Of a stretch of DNA of 40,750 nucleotides, positions 11,615 through 18,689 are shown one piece after another. The stretch is from assembly GCA_011390535.1 (NCBI GenBank), contig JAABSF010000001.1, forward strand, positions 1 to 40,750, given 5' to 3'. The first letter of the stretch is position 1. Every line of letters starts with the position of its first letter. This stretch comes from Deltaproteobacteria bacterium (GTDB lineage Bacteria > Myxococcota_A > Polyangia > HGW-17 > SLPX01). The position numbers were made by a program, and so were the translations under genes. The notes beneath the pieces are model-generated. The model was not told the DNA's origin, made no database searches, and saw nothing but the letters and a program-made list of their open reading frames with translations.

Positions 11615-11659
11615 AGCTCCCATCCCGAAACCGTCCCGTCGAAGGATTGGGGCGGGACG
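11615..11659 (-). promoter_or_regulatory. Intergenic motif plus GC hairpin upstream of the MshEN-type gene, related to the element at 33711-33765
   Basis: The 7-bp stem CGTCCCG (11632-11638) pairs with CGGGACG (11653-11659). The adjacent AGCTCCCATCCCGAAACC contains a 15-mer identical to the reverse complement of 33748-33762. Confidence 0.35.
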
Positions 11660-11734
11660 AGCCTGTCTGCAGAACTAACGGATACCTCTACAAGTTTAAC
11701 CAAAAGCACGAATATTGAAAAAATAAAAAACAGC

Positions 11735-13927
11735 TCATTTCGGAGTGTCTTTTTTTTCTTCCAAAAATTTCCGAATATTTTTTCTCGCACGGTGTAAACG
11801 TGATTTAACCGCAGGTACCGAAAGATCTAAAAAGTGGGCGGTCTCTTCAGATGTCATTTCCTTCCCATCTCGCAGCAAGAGAACCGCGCGATCGGTTTCG
11901 TTTAGACCTCTCAACGCTTTTTGAACGTCCAGGAGGATTTCTCGACGCAAAACATCTCTCTCCGCATCCGGCGCGTTGGATATTGCTTTGGATTGCTTGC
12001 TTGAAAGATCATTAATAGACACGTGTCTGTTTGGATCATTTCGAGCGCCTCTTTTGTTACCCTGAAATCCATCTAAATACTTTGTCGCGGCTTCATATGC
12101 GTCTTGCACAACGTCATGGGCGTCTTGTTGGTGTTTGCAGTAACGGCGAGCGAAGTGCAGCAGACTGTTTTCAAAACAATGCACGATTTCGTTCAATACA
12201 TCTGTATCTCCACTAGCGGCGCGATGAGTCAAATCGTCAGGGCTGCAAGGTTTTTCGGTGACCTCTAAATTTTTTTTTTTTGACAATAAAGAAGGCAAAT
12301 AGTCTGACGGCGGTTCTATTCCCATTAATTCGAAAGCGGTTGCCGCTATATTGCCGAGACCTTTGTTTTTAATGGAATCATTTAAAGTAAGGTCCGGATT
12401 ATTTGGAGCGTAAAGGATTAAAAACACTGGGTTTAACGTGTGTGAGGTTTTGGGAGAAGGCGCGCCTGATGAGTCTCTCTTTATCTCGCCTGTTTTGCTG
12501 TCTTTCATGAACATTTCGTCAGCATTTCCATGATCCGCGGTTATTAAGGCGCAACCATTGAGCGAGGAAACCGCGGATAAAATCTTTTCTAAACAGAGAT
12601 CTACTGATTCAACCGCGATTCTTGTAGATCTAAGGTTGCCCGTATGACCTACCATGTCTCCGTTTGCATAATTTAGTCTTGCAAAATGAGGCTTCTTTTC
12701 TTTCAACGCTTGGATGAACTCATCGGTTACCTCCCCGGCCTTCATCCAGGGCCGCTCCTCAAAAGGCAAACGGTCCGACTCAACTTCTATATAAGTTTCC
12801 AGATCTTCATCAAAAGCCTCGCTGTGATTACCATTCCAGAAATAGGTTACATGACCGAATTTTTGTGTCTCTGCACAAGCCACTTGACGATATTTGTTTT
12901 TAGAGAGGTATTCTCCCATGGTATGAGAAAAACGTGGAGGTGGGAGGAGGTAGTTCTTGGGAATGCCCAGATCCCCATCGTAACGAATCATACCTGCATA
13001 GAAAACTTCGGGTACACGGACGCGGTCAAATTTGTCAAAATCTTCTTCTTCAAAAGCTCGACTAATCTCTAATGCTCGATCTCCTCGGAAGTTGAAAAAA
13101 AGCACAGCGTCGCCATCTTCTATTGTGCCTACAGGTTTTCCCTTTTCTTCAATTACAAATGAATCCAAAAATTGATCTGTTATTTTTGGGTCTTCATTTC
13201 GATACACCTCTATAGCTTCTCTTGCTGATGCGAAACGCCTGCCTTCGCCTAAGACGTGAGCTCTCCAGCCCTTTTCTACAATTGACCAATCGGATTCATA
13301 TCGATCCATGGTGACTTTCATACGCCCCCCCCCGGATGCGATACTGTAGTTCCGTCTTTCTTTTTCGTTGATTGATTTGAAGATAAGCTCAACTTTATCA
13401 ATGTATTCAAGGGCAGACTTTTCCGGCACATCACGACCATCTAGCAGGGCATGAACAAAAAGTCTCTCTATGTCTTCTTCATCGGCTCTCTTTATCAAGG
13501 CCTCTAAATGATCAATATGACTGTGAACATTGCCGTCACTGACGAGTCCGATGAGATGTAGTGACCCTTTGTTTTTGCACCGGCTGACCATCGTTTTCCA
13601 GGTTGTAGTTTTGAAAATCTTCTTGGTTTCGATGGCTTTGTTTACAAGCTTGGCACCTTGATCCAGTATTCTGCCACCCCCGAGAGCGTTGTGACCTACT
13701 TCACTGTTTCCCATATCTTTGTCGCTGGGCAAGCCTACTGCGGTTCCATGTGCCTTGATGGACAAATTTGGACGCTCTTTTAAAAGCCGGTCAATTATTG
13801 GTGTATACGCAAGAGCTACAGCATTTCCCTCGTCTTTTTTTCCAACGCCCACACCGTCTAGAATTACAACGACAACAGGACCTTGAGGTTTTTCAAAAGA
13901 CTTGGATTGTTTCAGTTTCCATTCCAC
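11735..13927 (-). CDS. gpmI: 2,3-bisphosphoglycerate-independent phosphoglycerate mutase (residues ~1-552) fused in frame to an ECF-sigma-like module (residues ~565-730)
   Basis: The start is GTG, with GGGAGA 6 nt upstream. iPGM motifs are present: VVVILDGVGVG, GNSEVGHNALGGGR, NYANGDMVGHTGN, TADHGNADEM. The C-terminal part has sigma-70 region 2-like (LLHFARRYCKHQQDAHDVVQDAYEAATKYLDGFQG) and region 4-like (LNETDRAVLLLRDGKEMTSEETAHFLDLSVPAVKSRLHRARKNIRKFL) sequence. It is a single ORF as the sequence stands. Confidence 0.8.
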   Translation of the reverse strand: MEWKLKQSKSFEKPQGPVVVVILDGVGVGKKDEGNAVALAYTPIIDRLLKERPNLSIKAHGTAVGLPSDKDMGNSEVGHNALGGGRILDQGAKLVNKAIETKKIFKTTTWKTMVSRCKNKGSLHLIGLVSDGNVHSHIDHLEALIKRADEEDIERLFVHALLDGRDVPEKSALEYIDKVELIFKSINEKERRNYSIASGGGRMKVTMDRYESDWSIVEKGWRAHVLGEGRRFASAREAIEVYRNEDPKITDQFLDSFVIEEKGKPVGTIEDGDAVLFFNFRGDRALEISRAFEEEDFDKFDRVRVPEVFYAGMIRYDGDLGIPKNYLLPPPRFSHTMGEYLSKNKYRQVACAETQKFGHVTYFWNGNHSEAFDEDLETYIEVESDRLPFEERPWMKAGEVTDEFIQALKEKKPHFARLNYANGDMVGHTGNLRSTRIAVESVDLCLEKILSAVSSLNGCALITADHGNADEMFMKDSKTGEIKRDSSGAPSPKTSHTLNPVFLILYAPNNPDLTLNDSIKNKGLGNIAATAFELMGIEPPSDYLPSLLSKKKNLEVTEKPCSPDDLTHRAASGDTDVLNEIVHCFENSLLHFARRYCKHQQDAHDVVQDAYEAATKYLDGFQGNKRGARNDPNRHVSINDLSSKQSKAISNAPDAERDVLRREILLDVQKALRGLNETDRAVLLLRDGKEMTSEETAHFLDLSVPAVKSRLHRARKNIRKFLEEKKDTPK
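12270..12281 (-). repeat. A12 homopolymer (T12 on the + strand) at the iPGM/sigma-like junction
   Basis: Counted directly: T at 12270, ten T at 12271-12280 and T at 12281. It encodes S-KKK-N (TCA AAA AAA AAA AAT). Confidence 0.95.
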
Positions 13928-14019
13928 TGGCGATCTCCCTTTTTTGTGCCTTGTTGGCTAAAAGACAATACCTTAATAGTGCCGGATTTGTGTAAAAAAT
14001 ACGGCGCAATATTTTATTT

Positions 14020-14035
14020 AAAAGCAATTGCTTTT
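14020..14035. promoter_or_regulatory. Perfect 16-bp palindrome AAAAGCAATTGCTTTT in the gpmI/glxK divergent promoter region (candidate operator)
   Basis: The sequence is its own reverse complement. It lies between the divergent starts at 13927 (-) and 14176 (+). A 7-bp hairpin, CTGGACA (14060-14066) with TGTCCAG (14076-14082), follows. Confidence 0.4.
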
Positions 14036-14175
14036 TTATTTATCAGTTATGCAAACTTACTGGACATTTGGTTTCTGTCCAGGAACATTTTTGTTTGAAC
14101 GTTTGACAATAAATCGTGTTTTGACTGGATTATAAACGACAGGTAACAGTTTTATGTTGCACTGGGAGGATACAG

Positions 14176-15306
14176 GTGAAAAAAAAAATAGTGGTGGCTC
14201 CCAACGCCTACAAGGGTACCATTACTGCCATAAGAGCCGCGACGATAATGGCGAGTGCCATTCGTGATGCGATGCATGATGTTGAGGTTGTTGAAAGACC
14301 TATGGCTGATGGTGGTGATGGGACTGCGTTTGTATTAGCGGAATGTACCGGAGGAAAGTTATTTTGGGAGATTGTGCCGGATCCTTTGGGTAGACAGTGT
14401 AAGGCGGCATATGCTCAAATAGGGAAAAAAGATATCTACGCTGTGGATATGTCCTCAGCTTCCGGCTATGCTCGCTTATCACCAGATGAAAAAGATGTTT
14501 GGAGGGCTACAAGCGAAGGTGCCGGAGCTCTGTGTAGGAGCGCAATAGAAAGGGGAGCAAAAAGAATCATTTTAGGTGTTGGTGGAACAGCCTTTTTGGA
14601 CGCAGGCATCGGGTTGGCCTCAGCGATGGGAGTTAATTTTTTGGACCCTAATGGTGACACTGTATCCCCAGGAGCAGAGGGAATGTTGGAGGTATGTGAG
14701 ATAGACATGCGTGGAGTGATGGCGAGAGCTCGAGATATTGTATGGGATTTAGCGCTGGATGTGGATAATACTTTATTGGGTCCTACAGGGGCTGCTGCTG
14801 TATACGGTCCACAAAAGGGGGCCTCAGAAGGGGATGTTTGTATGCTGGAGGAAGGGCTTAAGAATATTGCCACACTTGTAGAAAAAGCAACCGGAAAGGA
14901 ACTGCGTACGCTTCAAGGGACTGGAGCCGGCGGGGGGGCACCTTTGATCATGAAGGGGCTTTTCAACGCTAGAATGCATTCCGGTGGTGAGTTGGTTGCG
15001 GAACTGGTGGGACTTGAAAAAGCCATTTTGGGAGCCGATTTGGTTTTAACAGGTGAAGGTTGCATGGATGGCCAGACTCCATTTGGCAAGGGGCCGGTTG
15101 TTGTAGCCGGCTTGGCTGAAAAGAAAGGGGTTCCTGTGGTTGCAGTTGTTGGTAAAACGGGGCCGGGTTTTGAGGCGGTTTATAAGCGTGGAATTAAAAA
15201 GGTTGTAAAGACCGGCAGGGCAGACACCATTCCCAGTAAGAGTGTGGCGGAAAGGGAGCTCTTTTTGGGAACGAAGAGAGTTCTCTCGTGGTTTAATCAG
15301 ATATGA
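14176..15306 (+). CDS. glxK: Glycerate kinase (GlxK/GarK family)
   Basis: 376-aa ORF with a GTG start and a GGGAGGA RBS. Family-typical features are the N-terminus (KIVVAPNAYKGTITA...), ...PMADGGDGT..., the ...ADLVLTGEGCMDGQT..GKGP... block and the expected length. Confidence 0.8.
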   Translation: MKKKIVVAPNAYKGTITAIRAATIMASAIRDAMHDVEVVERPMADGGDGTAFVLAECTGGKLFWEIVPDPLGRQCKAAYAQIGKKDIYAVDMSSASGYARLSPDEKDVWRATSEGAGALCRSAIERGAKRIILGVGGTAFLDAGIGLASAMGVNFLDPNGDTVSPGAEGMLEVCEIDMRGVMARARDIVWDLALDVDNTLLGPTGAAAVYGPQKGASEGDVCMLEEGLKNIATLVEKATGKELRTLQGTGAGGGAPLIMKGLFNARMHSGGELVAELVGLEKAILGADLVLTGEGCMDGQTPFGKGPVVVAGLAEKKGVPVVAVVGKTGPGFEAVYKRGIKKVVKTGRADTIPSKSVAERELFLGTKRVLSWFNQI

Positions 15307-15307
15307 G

Positions 15308-16246
15308 TCAGCGATCCAATGTGACCGTAATATCTCTTTTTAGATAAGGGTCTTTGCTCAACACTATGCCTACTGCTGTTGCTGTTCCTGCCAATAGGGC
15401 GGCACCTACTCCAATGGCTGCTCCAATGTACCATTTTTTATACCATGGCAGAGGACGGTAATTAACTCCTCGGCCTTCTTCTTCTTTTGTTTTCTGCAGT
15501 TGTTTAGCTTTCATGGATCCGCTTATAATAGGATAAGCTCTAAGATTTGCTTGAATTCTAATTGTTTGGCCAAACGGCAGATCAATGAATTTTAGAAAAT
15601 CATGATAGGAAGGATGTGTTACCCGGATGTTATGTGTGCCGGCCTTGAGACTCAATGTAGGTGCCGGAGACGTGGCTTTCATTTCGCCGTTAATGTAGAT
15701 TTTGGCGTTTTTTACATCAACTTTTACCACCAAATTTCCCTTGTGTAAGTGAGGGGCGAGGAGGCGATATCCAAGCTCAAGCAGGGTCTCTGTATCTCGC
15801 TTTTTTTCCCCCGTTATTACGATTGACACGCTTCGGATGACTTTTTTCTTTTCCAAATCATATACTTTTAGAAAAAGGGCATACCCTTTTCCAACGGAGG
15901 TAATATCTCCTGCTATTACAAGGTCAGCATTTAATTCTTTGCCGAAACTCGACATGCAATCATTTTCTGTTCCGCAGTGAAGCAGGTGACGACCTTTCCC
16001 ACTCGCCACAAATTTTTTAACTTCTTTGAATGGAATTAGGTTTACTCCAGGGATAGAGCCAAAAACATTGTGCAGAACTCTGTCTTTTGCAGCTGCCTTG
16101 GTTTTGGGAAACCCAATGGGCTCAAGTGGTTTTATAGCTGCTTTATTTTTGCTGGTCTTTGAGGATTTTGCTTCTGCGGGGAAGCATGAAAAAAAGCAAA
16201 ACAAAAAGGAAAAAACGGCCAAATTGTTTTGAATCATTTCTTTCAT
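15308..16246 (-). CDS. PEGA-domain envelope protein (signal peptide, LpoB/CsgG-like N-domain, PEGA domain, C-terminal Gly/Ala-rich TM helix)
   Basis: PEGA-like block ...VVKVDVKNAKIYINGEMKATSPAPTLSLKAGTHNIRVTHPSYHDF.... The TM helix is WYIGAAIGVGAALLAGTATAVGIVL. I place the start at the ATG at 16246 (GAGGAA RBS 7 nt upstream), which avoids overlap with the upstream paralog. Confidence 0.75.
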   Translation of the reverse strand: MKEMIQNNLAVFSFLFCFFSCFPAEAKSSKTSKNKAAIKPLEPIGFPKTKAAAKDRVLHNVFGSIPGVNLIPFKEVKKFVASGKGRHLLHCGTENDCMSSFGKELNADLVIAGDITSVGKGYALFLKVYDLEKKKVIRSVSIVITGEKKRDTETLLELGYRLLAPHLHKGNLVVKVDVKNAKIYINGEMKATSPAPTLSLKAGTHNIRVTHPSYHDFLKFIDLPFGQTIRIQANLRAYPIISGSMKAKQLQKTKEEEGRGVNYRPLPWYKKWYIGAAIGVGAALLAGTATAVGIVLSKDPYLKRDITVTLDR

Positions 16247-16257
16247 TGTCGAATTCC

Positions 16258-17172
16258 TCAGTTGCATCCTTCACCATAACTATCACAATTCAATACAGTC
16301 GGTGCGCTTGGCTCCAAAATTCTTCCAATCGCCCAACCTGCGGTGGCACCAAGTGCAGCGGCTCCTACGCCTACAGCCGTCCAGAACCACCATTTAGAAT
16401 AAAACGGTGTTGGGTGATCTCTGGTGATAGGCCCGACAGGTTTGTCAGGAAAGGGTTGCGGGGTTTCTTGCGGTTTTACGAGGTTGACTTTTACTGTGGT
16501 GGTTTTTTGAAATCGAACGTCCACTGTTTTTGCCAAGTCTAGAAAATCATCATGAGTGATTTTCAACGAGTGCTTTCCAATTTTTAAACGGGAAACAGGA
16601 GATCGGAGAGGTGATTTCCCAACAAACTTTCCATCTACAAAAATTTTTGCGTTTGTTTGGTTGACCATTATTCGCAAAGATCCAAGAAGTGCTTGAGGAT
16701 CAAGTAGACGGTATGCTGCTACCCTTACTGTCTCAATTAGCTGCTCTGCTTCTCCGGAGAGAGGTTCTGAGATGCTACGAATCGCTTTTCTCTCGGCGGA
16801 ATCTACAAGTTTTAATGTAACGACATAATGATTGCCCAGGGCGGCAAGGTTTCCTGTAATAACATAGCGCACATTCAAATGTCTTCCCAGCGCTGCGAGA
16901 CATCGGTCATTGCCTTCACATTTGCGCAATCGTCGGTTTCTTTGTTGAAGAGCGATAGTTTTGGCTGAAGGAATCACTTCATCCGCGATTCTAGCGAGCT
17001 CTTGAGTCAAAAGGCTCTCGAGCGTTGTTACCACTTTTTTTGAGAGGCCTCCTAAAGCGTCTATACGCCATACCGCAACTTTTTGAGAGTGCGCGTTTTT
17101 AGCAGGAAAAATAAAAAAGAAGATGAACGCAGCCCCCAATACTCTGAACCATTGTTTTCTGTTTTGTTGCAA
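16258..17172 (-). CDS. PEGA-domain envelope protein, paralog of 15308-16246
   Basis: Same architecture: signal peptide (..FIFFFIFPAKNAHS), ...NVRYVITGNLAALGNHYVVTLKLVD..., PEGA-like ...IMVNQTNAKIFVDGKFVGKSPLRSPVSRLKIGKHSLKITHDDFLD..., and TM helix WWFWTAVGVGAAALGATAGWAIGRIL. The start is TTG, preceded by AAAGGA. Confidence 0.75.
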   Translation of the reverse strand: MQQNRKQWFRVLGAAFIFFFIFPAKNAHSQKVAVWRIDALGGLSKKVVTTLESLLTQELARIADEVIPSAKTIALQQRNRRLRKCEGNDRCLAALGRHLNVRYVITGNLAALGNHYVVTLKLVDSAERKAIRSISEPLSGEAEQLIETVRVAAYRLLDPQALLGSLRIMVNQTNAKIFVDGKFVGKSPLRSPVSRLKIGKHSLKITHDDFLDLAKTVDVRFQKTTTVKVNLVKPQETPQPFPDKPVGPITRDHPTPFYSKWWFWTAVGVGAAALGATAGWAIGRILEPSAPTVLNCDSYGEGCN

Positions 17173-17611
17173 AGCTGTGTCCTTTAATCAAACGCTCTGG
17201 TGACTATCATGGGAGCCCAGAGGAAGAGATAGTCTTACTTATAAAAACGTATTGCTCTTTTAACAAACTATTACACGCAACAAAACACATCATAGTAAAA
17301 CAAGAGACAAGACGCAATAATGGGATTCAAACAATGATGGTGTAATAGAAGAGCATAAAAGGGATGCCAAAAAGACAAAAGAGAAATGCTTCGAGCCTTT
17401 TGCAAAATGACGGTCAGAAGAGCCGAGCATGCGCGGGGTCGGGTGCAGGGCGTTGCAACGCATTAATAGCAGCGCCATTTCAAGGAGACGCAATGCAGGA
17501 GACGATCCTAAGCCCTGTCCGAATTTTCCGATGGGAGGAGTCTTACAATATGATCTAATTTGCCAATTAACTATCAGGGCTTAAACAAGCTCCGCTAATG
17601 TCACACTTTTT

Positions 17612-18016
17612 TTAGTAGTCGGCATCAGCAAAAATCGAGCTTTCCGTGATACGTTGCTGGTTTTTCTTAATGCACTTTTTTACATGTTCGGAGAGAGATG
17701 AGGGGTTGTTTTTCAGTGAGTTGGATATATCTTCGGCAAGTTTGATTTTGACGGCGCTCTCTAAAACAGGAGGCATGGGTTTAAGAAAAGAACTGTTTTC
17801 TTTGTAGAAATACTCCAGGCCACAGGAAGCGATGACCCCGTTGTTTGGGGCTGGGTTTGTCTTATGGACCTTTTTTGCGGTTTCTTCAATCATTGCCAGT
17901 GTTTTTTCAGGTGTAACCTTGAATTTACCTTTTTTGTTTCTGCTGAGGGTGCAAGCCAAGCCGAATAAAAGGAAGGCGAGAATAGTCAGAAGCCAGGAAA
18001 GATTGCGATGTGACAT
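17612..18016 (-). CDS. Small secreted or membrane-anchored hypothetical protein (134 aa)
   Basis: The ATG at 18016 is preceded by ACAGGAGGCTATTC, a strong SD. The N-terminus MSHRNLSWLLTILAFLLFGLAC... is a signal/anchor sequence. The 119-codon extension to 18373 in the ORF track looks non-coding. Confidence 0.6.
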   Translation of the reverse strand: MSHRNLSWLLTILAFLLFGLACTLSRNKKGKFKVTPEKTLAMIEETAKKVHKTNPAPNNGVIASCGLEYFYKENSSFLKPMPPVLESAVKIKLAEDISNSLKNNPSSLSEHVKKCIKKNQQRITESSIFADADY

Positions 18017-18124
18017 GAATAGCCTCCTGTCGAAGATCAGATCTTTTCTCAAATAGAAGGGCAATTTCGGGTTGATTGGATCAGCCCTTTGCCCCTTTTT
18101 ATAGACCTTTACGGATTTTTGATG

Positions 18125-18162
18125 GGTGCCGCAGCCTATGCTCATTACCAGGCTGCGGCACC
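18125..18162. repeat. Perfect 12-bp GC-rich inverted repeat with a 14-nt spacer
   Basis: GGTGCCGCAGCC (18125-18136) and GGCTGCGGCACC (18151-18162) are exact reverse complements. No T-tract lies on either side. Confidence 0.8.
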
Positions 18163-18689
18163 GTAGCTCTAAGAATAGATCAACTTTGCAAAGTCTCCAA
18201 AAAAACAGATCAAAAAGGAAATATATGGAGATTTCAAATGGTTGAGGCGTTAGTGTTCCATTATTTGAGCAAGCGGAGTGAGGAAAAAACAGATTTTTAG
18301 GCCCTTTGGGAGATCCTTTTTGTTTTTTGACGAGATAGAGAAACAAATTCGTCAAGCTTTTGATTTGCGCCAAAATCGCCCAAGGAAATCAATACTAAGT
18401 CCGTCTGCAGTTTAAGGCCAAAAATAACACAATCTTGCAGATGGAGCTTGACGTTGTGGATCGTATGTGTAGTCCTTGTGACGGTTTGGTTGTACTATCA
18501 TGGGAAGGGGCTTGAGCTTTTGAAAAATTATTTGTAGACGGTTTTTTAGAGTTTGCTGGTTATTGGGTTTTAATGTCTATTTCGAAAACACATTCGTACT
18601 CTAATCCAATAGAAGGCAAATATTTGGAAGATGTATTATTGCAAGAGATTTTAGGAAAAGTTTACTGGGGGGGTAAGTCGAGGTGTTGG

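Noticed and set aside
18017-18373. 119-codon N-terminal extension of the 17612-18373 ORF
   Set aside because: A strong AGGAGG lies directly before the internal ATG at 18016, which yields a normal signal peptide. The extension is hydrophobic and low-complexity, and it contains the 12-bp and 7-bp inverted repeats typical of non-coding DNA.
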